Below, in pieces: positions 14,815-26,540 of a stretch of 64,000 nucleotides of DNA (positions are counted from its first letter, which is position 1; each line of letters starts with the position of its first letter). This stretch comes from Octopus sinensis. Its lineage: Eukaryota. The translations under genes were made by a program, and so were the position numbers. Location of the stretch: assembly GCF_006345805.1 (NCBI RefSeq), contig NC_043009.1:53320001-53384000 (forward strand). The letters run 5' to 3'. The notes under the pieces were generated by a model. It ran no database searches. It saw only the letters and a list, made by a program, of their open reading frames with translations, and was not told the origin of the DNA.

Positions 14815-15719
14815 GTTATCAGTAATAATATAGGGTGAAATTAATTAATTTGGAATAATCATTAATTTCACCAAGTAGATTTCGGCATGTAAAAGCCTCA
14901 TTCGAGGAAAGTTTAAGTAATACTAAGTAATTAAGGGTTTAGCAACGATTTGCCTCACCACACACCGAATTTAGAAATAGCAGTCAAAGAGTTATAGCTA
15001 TTCTTTCTACTAAAAGGGAGATCTCGGTAAAACCACAGCACTTGGAAGGCAAACACAGACAAGCAAGAGAGAAGGAAATGACGGCAATCCATCATACAAT
15101 TTTAAGTCACCTACGGACGTACGTTTCGAAATTAAGTTTTAGGAAAGCATAAGAATTAGATAATTATAACTTACCCAACTTCTTTTCTCATCAGCGTAGG
15201 ACACTACAATTATGAATAATTGTATATTAAATTTCGAGATACTAGAAGGCATCATCTCAACTCAGTATCAGAGCGAGCTAAAACCGTTACCAGTATCACC
15301 AAATTCAAAATGTGAATGAAAGTTTGTGTCACCAACCCCTTCCCACCAGCGTGTAGCCAAGACAAGATGTTGCGGTCATTTACTGGGATGAAATATGGTT
15401 ATCAGTAATAATATAGGGTGAAATAATTAATTTGGAATAATCATTAATTTCACCAAGTAGATTTCGGCATGTAAAAGCCTCATTCGAGGAAAGTTTAAGT
15501 AATACTAAGTAATTAAGGGTTTAGCAACGATTTGCCTCACCACACACCGAATTTAGAAAAAGCAGTCAAAGTTATAGCTATTCTTTCTACTAAAAGGGAG
15601 ATCTGGTTTTACCGAGATCTCCCTTTTAGTAGAAAGAATAGCTATAACTCTTTGACTGCTATTTCTAAATTCGGTGTGTGGTGAGGCAAATCGTTGCTAA
15701 ACCCTTAATTACTTAGTAT
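14815..15719 (-). mobile_element. Non-autonomous hammerhead-containing element: 1.36 units of a 583-bp repeat plus a 115-bp inverted copy
   Basis: Direct repeats 14815-15024 and 15398-15604; 15605-15719 is the reverse complement of 14920-15034; TA-tract flanks; no ORF. Confidence 0.85.
15110..15200 (-). ncRNA. Type I hammerhead ribozyme with 60-nt stem II domain
   Basis: RNA reads CCUACG-CUGAUGA-GAAA(N52)UUUC-GAAAC-GUAC-GUC-CGUAGG: intact core, perfect 6-bp stem I, palindromic stem III ACGUACGU, GUC triplet. Confidence 0.85.
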
Positions 15720-15934
15720 ATATATATATATATATATATACATATATTAGAGTCGTCCCACGGTATCAAATCAATTTATAATATATTTTTATGAAGGATA
15801 ATATACAAATGTGAATTTTAAAGAAAGAATTGTAGGTAACCAGAAAAGATCAGTAGTGTGAAAGTTCATAATGATTTAGGTTTGTTAGTGACGTATACTC
15901 TAGGATGAGTAATGATGTGTGACACATAATTCAA

Positions 15935-16025
15935 TATTTGTTTCTATGTATGTATGTATGTATGTATGTATGTATGTATGTATGTATGTATGAATGTATG
16001 TATGTATGTATGTATGTATGTATAT
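15935..16025. repeat. (TATG)n microsatellite
   Basis: Direct reading. Confidence 0.95.
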
Positions 16026-16149
16026 CGATAACTGGCTCCAGCTCTCAGAGCCCAGCATTGAACCAATTTGGGTTTTGCCTTTCTCTCATGCCGAAAATAT
16101 CTATTGATGTCGTATACAAAGCTTCCCTGATATAGTTCCACCTACTTTC

Positions 16150-16375
16150 AGGAGTGACTCTTCTACAAAGTCACTCGAAGAACTCCGAAAGGCACGAAAT
16201 AAAACCCAACTGACAGCCAGACGCTGTGAAAATAGGTATCGGCGGGAAATCTGTCAGAGTATCCAGTCAGCTGCTGACGGGGGCGACACCCGTGGGATGT
16301 ATGCCGGTTTGAAGAAGACCCTCGGTCCATCCGCAACCAAGCCAGCCCCTCTGAAATCAACTACTGGAGATTTCA
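16150..16375 (+). mobile_element. RTE (BovB-like) LINE internal fragment
   Basis: SLEELRKARNKTQLTARRCENRYRREICQSIQSAADGGDTRGMYAGLKKTLGPSATKPAPLKSTTG matches the EN-RT linker of RTE elements as recalled. Confidence 0.75.
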
Positions 16376-16378
16376 GAG

Positions 16379-16458
<80 letters not shown>

Positions 16459-16691
16459 GATGCTGGTCGCTCAGTAATGCTTTTCGCGGAGATTCTTTTC
16501 CTTCTCTCCAGACTTTTTCTTAAATTTTCTTTGAGCGTCAACCGAATGCATTGACTTTGTACATTATTTTGGATTTTGTTGTTTTCCTGTATTCTGTTTC
16601 CATAATTGTTTATATTCTTGATTTGCCTCGCTCTGTCTCAGTCAGTCTCTCTGGCTCTTACTGTCTCGGTATATATGCTGTTCACAAACGC

Positions 16692-19600
16692 CGCGTCTTT
16701 GATCTCTGTCGGCACTCACTTTGATCTCTGTCGGCACCTTCTTTGATATCTGCCGGTACTCTCTTTGATCTCTGTCGGCACTCCCTTTGAGCTCTGTCGG
16801 TACCCTCTTTGATCTCTGTCGGCACCCTCTTTGATCTATGTCGGCATCCTCTTTGATCTATGTCGGCACTCTCTTTGATCTCTGTCGGCACTCTCTTTGA
16901 TCTCTGTCGGCACCCTCTTTGATCTATGTCGGCACTGATCCGGTTTGATCCGGTTTGAACCGGTTTGATCCGCTTTGAACCGGTTTGAACTGGTTTGAAC
17001 CGGTTTGAACCACTTTGAACCGGTTTGGGCCGGTTTGAAGCGGTTTGAAGCGGTTTGGACCGGTTTGAAGCGGTTTGAAGCGGTTTGAAACGGTTTGATT
17101 CGGTTTGAACCGGTTGAAACCGGTTTGATACGGTTTGAACCGGTTTGAACCGGTTTGATCCTGTTCCAATCGGTTTGAACCGGTTTGTCGGCACCGTCTG
17201 TGATCTCTGTCGGCACCCCTTCGATCTCTGTCGACACTCTCTTTGATCTCTGTCGTCACACCCTTTGATCTCTGTCGGCACCCCTTTGATCTCTGTCGGC
17301 ACCCTCTTTGAGCTTTGTCGGCACCCCTTTGATCTCTGTCGGCACACTCTTTGATCTTTGTCGGCACCCCTTTGATCTCTGTCGACACCCCTTTGATCTC
17401 TGTCGGCACCCTTTGATCTATGTCGGCACCCCTTTGATCTCTGTCGGCACCCCTTTGATCTCTGTCGGCACCCTCTTTGATCATTGTCGGCACCACTTTG
17501 ATCTCTGTCGGCACCCCTTTGATCTCTGTCGGCACCCTCTTTGATCTATGTCGGCACTGATCCGGTTTGATCCGGTTTGATCCGCTTTGAACCGGTTTGA
17601 ACCGGTTTGATCAGGTTTGACCCGGTTTGATCCGGTTTAATCCGGTTTAATCCGGTTTGGTCCGGTTAGAACCGCTTTGATCCGGTTTGATCGGGTTTGA
17701 ACCGGTTTGATCCGGTTTGATCCGGTTTGATCCGCTTTGAACCGGTTTGAACCGGTTTGATCCGGTTTGTCGGCACCGTCTTTGATCTGTGTCGGCACCC
17801 CTTTGATCTCTGTCGGCACTCTCTTTGATCTCTGTCGGCACTCTCTTTGATCTCTGTCGGCAGTCTCTTTGATCTCTGTCGGCACCCCCTTTGATCTATG
17901 TCGGCACTTATCCGGTTTGAACCGGGTTGATCCGCTTTGAACCGGTTTGAACCGGTTTAATCCGGTTAGGTCCGGTTGGAACCGGTTTGAACCGGTTTGA
18001 GCCGGTTCAGACCGGTTTGAATCGGTTTGAAGCGGTTTGATCCGGTTTCAACAGGTTCAACCGGTTCAAACCGGATCAAACCGGTTCGAAGCGTATCAAA
18101 CCGGTTCAAACCGGTTCCAACCGGACCTAGCCTGATTAAACCAGATAAAACCGGTTCAAACCGGATCAAACCGGTTCGAAGAGGATCAAACCGGTTCAAA
18201 CTGGATCAATGCCGACATAGATCAAAGAGAGTGCCGACTGAGATCAAAGGGGTGCCGACATAGTTCAAAGGGGGTTCCTGGAGAGATCAAAGGGGTGTCG
18301 ACAGAGATCAAAGGGGTGCCGACAAAGATCAAAGAGAGTGCCGATAGAGATCAAAGGGATGCCGACAGAGATCAAAGGGGTGCCGACAGAGATCAAAGAC
18401 GGTGCCGACAAACCGGTTGCAACCGGACCAAACCGGTTCAAACCAGATCAAACCGGTTCCAACCGGACCAAACATGATTAAACCGGTTCAAACAGGATCA
18501 AACCGGTTCAAACCGGTTCAAAGCGGATCAAACCGGATCAGTGCCGACATAGATCAAAGAGGGTGCCGACAGAGATCAAAGGGGTGCCGACAAAGATCAA
18601 AGAGGGTGCCGACTGAGATCAAAGGGTGCCGACAGAGATCAAAGCGGTGCCGACATAGATCAAAGGGGGGTGCCGACAGAGATCAAAGGGGTGCCGGCAA
18701 AGATCAAAGAGGGTGCCGACAGAGATCATAGGTGTGCCGACAGAGATCAAAGCGGTGCCGACATATATCAAAGGTGTGCCGACAGATCAAAGAGAGTGCC
18801 GACAGAGATCAAAGGGGTACCGACAGAGATCAAAGGGTTGCCGACAGAGATCAAAGAGAGTGACGACAGAGATCAAAGGGGTGCCGACACAGATCAAAGG
18901 CGGTGCCGAGAAACCGGATCAAACCGGTTCAAACCAGTTCATAGCGGATCAAACCGGATCAAACCGGATCAAACCGGATCAAACCGGATCAGTGCCGACA
19001 TAGATCAAAGAGGGTGCCGGCAGAGATCAAAGAGAGTGCCGACAGAGATCAAAGAGAGTGCCGACAGAGATCAAAGGTGTGTCGACAGAGATCAAAGTGG
19101 TGCCGACAATGATCAAAGAGGGTGCCGACAGAGATCAAAGGGGTGCCGACAGAGATCAAAGGGGTGCTGACATAGATCAAATGGTGCCGACAGAGATCAA
19201 AGGGGTGTCGACAGAGATCAAAGGGGTGCCGACAAAGATCAAAGAGTGTGCCGACTGAGATCAAAGGGGTGCCGACAAAGATCAAAGGGGTGCCGACAGA
19301 GATCAAAGGGGTGCCGACAGAGATCGAAGGGGTGCCGAGAGAGATCAAAGAAGGTGCCGACAAACCGGTTTAAACCGGTTGGAACCGGATCAAACCGGTT
19401 TTTACCCGTTTGATCCGTTTCGAACCGGTTTGAACCGGCTTGATCCGGTTTGAACCGATTTTAACCGGTTTAATCTTGTTCGGTCCGGTTGGAACCGGTT
19501 TGAACCGGTTTGATCTAGTTTGAATCGGTTTGATCCGGTTTGGTCCGGTTGGAACCGGTATGAACCGGTTTGATTTGGTTTGAACCGGTTTGATCCGGTT

Positions 19601-21232
19601 TCAACCGGTTCCAACCGGTTTGATCCGGTTTCAACCGGTTCCAACCGGTTTGAACCGGTTCCAACCGGTTCCAACCGGTTTGTCGACACTGTCTTTGATC
19701 TCTGTCGGCACCCCTTTGATCTTTGTCGGCACCCCTGTGATCTCTGTCGGCACTCTCTTTGATCTCTGTCGGCACTCTCTTTGATCTCTGTCGACACACT
19801 CTTTGATCTATGCCGGCACTGATCCAGTCTGATCCGCTTTGAACGGTTTGATCTGCTTTGAACCGGTTTGAACCAGTTTGAACCGGTTTGAACCGGTTTA
19901 ATTCGGTTGGAACCGGTTGGAACCGGTTTGATACGGCTGGAACCGGTTTGAACCGGTTCCAACCGGTTTGAACCGGTTTGTCGGCACCGTCTTTGATATA
20001 TGTCGGCACCCCTTGGTCTCTGTCGGCACTCTCTTTGATCTCTGTCGGCACCCTTTGATCTCTGTCGGCACTCTGATTGATCTCTGTCGGCACTCTCTTT
20101 GATCTATGTCGGCACTGATCCGGTTTGATCCGGTTTGAACCAGTTTGATCCGCTTCGAACCGGTTGGAACCGGTTTGAACCGGTTTGATCAGGTTTGAAC
20201 CGGTTTGACCCGGTTTGGTCCGGTTGGAACCGGTTTGAACCGGTTTGATTTGGTTTGAACCGGTTTGATCCGGTTCCAACAGGTTTGAACCGGTTTGTCG
20301 GTACTGTCTTTGATCTCTGTCGGCACCCCTTTGATCTTTGTCGGCACCCCTTTGATCTTTGTCGGCACCCCTTTGATCTCTGTCGGCACTCTCTTTGATC
20401 TCTGTCGGCACTCTCTTTGATCTCTGTCGACACACTCTGTGATCTATGTCGGCACTGAACCGGTCTGAATCAGTTTGAACCGGTTTGATCCGCTTTGAAC
20501 CGGTTTGAACCAGTTTGGACCGGTTTGAACCGGTTTAATTCGGTTTGGCCCGGTTGGAACCGGTTTGATACGGCTCGAACCGGTTTGTCGGCACCGTCTA
20601 TGATCTCTGTCGGCACCCCTTTGATCTCTGTCGGCACTCCCTTTGATCTCTGTCGGCACCCCCTTTGATCTCTGTCGGCACCCCTTTGATCTCTGTCAGC
20701 ACCCCTTTGATCTCTGTCGGCACCCTCTTTGATCTCTGTCGGCACACTCTCTGATCTCTGTCGACACCGTCTTTGATCTCTGCCGGCACCGTCTTTGATC
20801 TTTGAACTGGTTTGATCCGGTCTGAACAGGTCTGATCCGGTTTAAACCAGTTTGATCCGCTTTGATCCGGTTTGAAAAGGTTTGATCCGGTTTGAACCGG
20901 TTTGGTCCGGTTGGAACCGTTTTGATCCGGTTTGAACCGGTATGACCCGGTCCTAACCGGTTTGAACCGGTTTGTCGGCACCGTCTTTGATCTCTGTCGG
21001 CACCCCTTTGATCTCTGTCGGCAACCCCTCTGATCTCTGTCGGCACCCTCTGTGATCTCCGTCGGCATCCCCTTTGATCTTTGTCGGCACCCTCTTTGAT
21101 CTCTGTCGGCACCCTCTTTGATCTCTGTCGGCACCCCCTTTGATCTCTGTCGGCATCCTCTTTGATCTATGTCGACACACTCTTTGATCTCTGTCGGCAC
21201 CGTCTTTGATCTCTGCCGGCACCGTCTTTGGT
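16692..21232. repeat. Higher-order satellite of alternating 19-22-bp and 10-bp monomer blocks, with inverted middle segment (about 18051-19400)
   Basis: Monomer A CTCTTTGATCTCTGTCGGCAC; monomer B CCGGTTTGAW; both read as reverse complements in the middle block. Confidence 0.95.
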
Positions 21233-21520
21233 CTTTAAACAACATTTCCAGGGAATTTTACATTTCAATTCTCATCACCATTATCATCTCCTTTGTTATT
21301 GTTGTCGTCGTCATTCTTATTGTTGCTGTTGTTGGTGGTTGTGGTTGGAGTGGCTGTGGAAATAGAACTTCAAATCCCCAAATAAGATATTTTTTATTGA
21401 CTCTTCTCTTGACTTAGCTAGTATTTTCCTGCTATCGTCATAATGAGTACCTTTAGTATTATTGTTGTTGTTAGTTGGTAGTGGTCGTAGCAGAAGAATT
21501 AGTACTTCTAAGTATTAGTA

Positions 21521-22520
21521 TTATTGTTTATTTAGCTTGGGTTTGAATATATTAATAAAGTTCTTTTCTCTGATTTTTCTCACTATTTCACTTGAACAGT
21601 GTAGTTTGTAGAATGTAAATACCATAAATATTTTCAGACCACATGTTGCTAGGTGGTTACTGAAAAGTATCTAATGGACATCTGGGTCTCTAATTTGCTG
21701 CTGGTGCACACATGAAAGTTCTGATTGTGCATTTCCAGTGTGATCCACATATAGTTCTTCACATTTCGGGCATTTGATGCAGTAAATTAAATTTCTGCTT
21801 TTGCAGTTCATATTTGCATTTGTGAATATTTTCCCGGCTTTTGTGTTTATAAATTGGTTGGTATGTATGAATTGGCATGTGTCACATCGACTATCATTGC
21901 ATTATAATACAGTGAATGATTGGTCTTCATTTGCTAAAGTCAAGTTTTTAGGCTGTCTTTTACTAAGAACCATACCTCGATCTGTAATTATATGTTAATT
22001 CCTTACTTTGAGCAATGATTGGTAGGTTTGCTTTGGCAATGTTAATGATATTCAGGTGACATGGTTTGTGTATTACTATAAATGGTATAACTTGTTCTTG
22101 TTTCCTCTTCTCTGGTTTGTCCTCACTTGTTGCATGGGTACTTTTATAGCTCTATGTATGCTATTTTCTATAAGTAGAGACGGGTATTTTTGTTCGAGCA
22201 AAAATTCACTTAGTTTTATTAGGCGTTTGTTCCCGACATTCGCATTTTCTACAATGGTACAAATTCTTCTGGCTAGGCAGTATGGGATGTTGCGTTTTCT
22301 CTGTGGTGGATGGCACGACTTAAAATTCAGGTGCTGATGTGTGTCCGCGTGTTTGTAGTAAATATCTGTGGTAATGGTGGTGTCCTTTTTAGTTATTATT
22401 ATATCTAGGAATGGTAATTTGGTACTATTCATCTCCTTTGTAAGTTGGAGAGAAAGGTGTAGGTTGTTCAGGAGGATATTGAACTCTGCCAGAGTATTTA
22501 GAGATTCTGTCTAGATTATG
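21521..22520 (-). mobile_element. Penelope-like element: RT thumb plus GIY-YIG endonuclease remnant
   Basis: LPFLDIII..TDIYYKHADTHQHLNFKSCHP..NIPYCLARRICTIV, then SKRQPKNL, CNDSRCDTC, NCKSRNLIYCIKCPKCEELYV, REKNFINIFKPKLN; stop at 21521-21523. Confidence 0.9.
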
Positions 22521-23798
22521 AAACAACTATTATTCGACAAATACGCAATTGAGGGCATATGTGCAAAATAAGAATTAGTACTCGAATCCCAAAGAAGTGA
22601 TAGAAGTTGACATCGTTGGAATTTGTGCTGTGTGTAAAATGCCGGAATAATTACAGCGAGGCGTTTTGTACGACGATCTAACGATTAACGATTCTGCCAA
22701 ATAGCTGCCATGTTGTCAAAGCAACCAGAACTGAAACCTTATCGTTGAGTCAGGAGAAAAACTTATATTCCCATGTGTTTTATAATAGGATGCATACTTA
22801 TTAATTCATGTTGCATTATCCAACAGTTTTTTGATGATTTGAAATATTACAAATCAGCCTTAGTATGAAAAGTACACATAATAATTGTGAGATAGCTTTT
22901 GGCTTTTTGAGAGAATAAGAGGAATCACTTTGAAGAATTTCTAATCTTCTTAGACCTTTATCTAAAAAACAGTATTGTGTTACATGCTATGTTGAACAAG
23001 AGAATATATGTATATATTTTATATACGGTTGCACGCAACAGACAGATTATGAACACCTAGTTGCCAAGAATGTGCTGCATTATGCAAGCTGTCTATTCAA
23101 CTTACTTGCGTGGTTAGTAACACAGGTTTTATAAACAGTGGCTAAAATCTATAGACCTGTTCTCTAGATATATACAGTTTGGCATGGAAACAGAACTCCA
23201 TTAATGTACTGGTAAATCAGTATTTGAAAAAGTTGCCAAAAAATTCATATGCAAATATGCAAATAGAATTACTTAATCTATCAGTAATAGAACGCTTATA
23301 AAATTTTTCTATGTGGACAGTTACGGAATAATTATGTAGCGGACGATATCCCAACAGAGGATCGAAACTAGTCCGGCTGATTGCATTTCTTTCTTGTCCA
23401 CAGATATATATTGCGAATAGTGACAAGCTGTTTTTTTAATACGACTATTACATACAGTGCTCTGTAAAAATCTCTCTCTTTTTATAATAACTATAATATG
23501 TACCTACAGAATATGTATATATATGTGTGTATGTGCGTGTGTGTGAGTGTGTGTAATGTACGTACATGCATGTGTGTATATATGTATGCATGAATTTATG
23601 TGTTTATCAGCAGATGAGGTGGGAAAATAGGATCAATGTAGCTGATATCTGTGCGTCATATCGAATTCCTTTTCAGCTGAAATCTGTTGAAAATAAATTA
23701 CATAGAGGCAATACCACAACACCACCAGGCAGTATACCAAACTAATAGCAAAAACAACAGCAGCAATAACAACAACAACAACAATAAAAATTATGATG

Positions 23799-23833
<35 letters not shown>

Positions 23834-23948
23834 CATAATAATAATGATAATAATGATGATGATAATAATTTATCAAAGTAATATTTTGGTTGTTACACAA
23901 TTTCCCTCAATCCCTCCTTCACACTCTGTTTCTGTCTCACTTTCAGCA

Positions 23949-23986
<38 letters not shown>

Positions 23987-24915
23987 CCGCTCTCTCTCTC
24001 CCTCTCTCTTATTAATACTAGCTTCTATTGAAATCATTTTAAATTGGCAGCCAGGTGGGGAATGGATTTTTAATGCGTTCTTTTCTTTCCTTTGAGAACG
24101 TTTTATTAGAAGTCTTTTCTACAATATTCACTCTGGATAATAGCATCGAATTACCTAGACATATTTCATGATGATTCCTTGAATAAAAACAACTACAACA
24201 ACAATAGTAAAAACGATGACAACAACAACACCTTTAACACTACCATCATGAAGACTGCACTAACACCAGTAACACTACTACAACGACCAGGGCAACGACC
24301 GCCACCACAACCAGCCGCCATGACGCCGCCATCTTAGCCAGCAAACAACAAAACAACTACATCAACGAATGCCGCTTTAGATGGCAAATCCAGATGTATA
24401 AACCAAAATTAAAAGTAAAAAAAAAAATCATCTTCATATAAAGAAAGATTGTTGTTATGATACTAACCAATAGACTAATAATAAGCAATCTTGTTTTTAA
24501 TTAAAAGTATGGAACTAAACTAATCTATAGTTTGACCAGGTAAATTCACTTTAGAAAGACTAACAGTTGGTGCTGAGTCTGAGAAGCTGATATTCTTAGA
24601 ACGCAGTATTTGTTCGTGGAGTGGTGAGGACGAGATTCTTTAGGAGTGGTAAGGACGAACATGACAAAGAAACTGAAGACAGAAAAAGAAAAAAATAATG
24701 AAAATAAACGTACAAAGGCAAAACCGTAGCAAGACATATATGCAGATGTGTAAATCTGTATTACTCTAACTATCTGTCTTGTGTTCTCTTTGTACCCACA
24801 CATAGACGCACGCGTGCACTTACATTTGTACGTAGTTCTGTACATATACATAGTGCGAGTGAAGTCTGCTCATTGTGATCATTGTTTAACGGAGAGATTT
24901 AGACAATAATAATGA

Positions 24916-24917
<2 letters not shown>

Positions 24918-24962
<45 letters not shown>

Positions 24963-25079
24963 ATAATACTACTACTACTACTACTATTACTACTACTACT
25001 GATGATGATGAGGATGATGATGATGACGATGTTGATGATAAAAATAATAATAATAATAATGAACAACAACAACAACAAC

Positions 25080-25114
<35 letters not shown>
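24918..25114. repeat. (ACT)n-(GAT)n-(AAC)n-(AAT)n compound microsatellite
   Basis: Direct reading. Confidence 0.95.
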
Positions 25115-25703
25115 GGCAGTGGCTCTCATGGGTAGTACCAGGCAGTGGCTCTCATGGGTAGTACCAGGTAGTGGCTCTCATGGCTTCTGATCTTAACTGA
25201 TTGGAAGTGTTATCATGTACATTGTTTTGTCTTGGTATAAAAGATGGGCTACAGCAAATATTCTGCTCAATACCACAGATTTGCTTGTCAGTTGTTTGAC
25301 CATAACCAGTTGAGCATGTCCCTTAGTGGCTGACGATATGTGCATCTCTGATCACGAGCAGAAGTAGTGGGGGAGCATCATAGCCATGTGTTGAGAGGGA
25401 TTCTTTGGGGTTTGAATAGTTCACCTCTGGAAACATGGGTGGTTCTTTCAACATCCTTAAACAACCCTTATTCAGGGACCGTTTGAGCGGGATGGGCTAC
25501 TTAACCTGAAGAAAATTCTAACTGGGCCCCACCTGCAAGGTCATGTGCTGTTTATTTTGATATGAGATCACCATGTCGCGCACATATGATTGTGATGCAT
25601 GTGCCTGGTGTACCTTTATCAGACGGGTAGTCATGATGGGTATATTGGGCTTCGTATATTTTACCCCAGTGTCACTTTGATGGCATGAACTGCTCTCTCA
25701 CTC
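25115..25703 (+). mobile_element. Non-coding interspersed repeat flanked by (AAT)n, copy 1
   Basis: Aligns end to end with 25778-26307; a fragment also follows (AAT)n at about 54638-54690; orientation assumed from the tail. Confidence 0.75.
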
Positions 25704-25719
25704 AATAATAATAATAATA

Positions 25720-25777
<58 letters not shown>

Positions 25778-25778
<1 letters not shown>

Positions 25779-26307
25779 GCCCTGATGCAGTACCAGGCAG
25801 AGGCTCTCGTGGATTCTGATCTTAACTGGTTGTAAGTGTTATCATGTACATTATTTTATCTTGGTAAAAAAAAAAGATGGGCTACAGCAAACATTCTGCT
25901 CAATACCACAGATTTGCTTGTCAGTTGTTTGACCTTTACCAGTTGACCATGTCCCTTAATGGCTGACGATATGTGCATCTCTGATCATGAGCAGAAGTAG
26001 TGGAGGAGCATCATAGCCATGTGTTGAGAGGGGTTCTTTGAGGTTTGAATAATTCACCTCTGGGAACATGGGTGTTTCTTTCAACATCCTTAAACAACCC
26101 TTATTCAGGGACCTTTTGAGCGGGATGGGTTACTCTAACTGGGCCCCACCTGCAAGGTCATATGCTGTTTATCTTGATATGAGATCATCATGGTTGTGAT
26201 GCATGTGCCTAGTGAAGCCTTATCACACGGGTAGTCATGATGGGTATACTGGGCTTCGTATATTTTACCCCAGTGTCACTTTGATGGCATGCACTGCTCT
26301 CTCACAC
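25778..26307 (+). mobile_element. Non-coding interspersed repeat flanked by (AAT)n, copy 2
   Basis: Diverged copy of 25115-25703 with two short internal deletions. Confidence 0.75.
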
Positions 26308-26342
<35 letters not shown>

Positions 26343-26350
26343 TAATAATA

Positions 26351-26540
26351 AGGAATGAAAAATGGTGCTGAAACCTATTTGAAAATGATACCAGGCTTAC
26401 CATCCCTACAGGAAGTGCAAAAAATCGTGTTAACTGGAACGGCTCATGTACTGAGAAGAGCATTATCGCTGTGAAAACAACCTCCATTCATGAATTTATT
26501 TATTTATTAATATTTTAAATTCAATATTTACCAGTGAATT
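26351..26540 (+). mobile_element. Extreme 3' end of a Dong/R4-like LINE
   Basis: 26355-26474 reads MKNGAETYLKMIPGLPSLQEVQKIVLTGTAHVLRRALSL*, homologous to the C-terminus of the 511-1130 fragment; follows (AAT)n. Confidence 0.75.

Noticed and set aside
16692-21232. CRISPR-like array
   Set aside because: There are no unique spacers; it is a eukaryotic tandem satellite
16682-21245. Long ORFs (up to 306 aa) across the satellite
   Set aside because: They are stop-free by-products of the 10- and 21-bp monomers, open in several frames on both strands, with no splice or domain evidence
24546-24690. Strong minus-strand acceptor-like polypyrimidine tract
   Set aside because: All frames close or lack homology and there is no convincing donor
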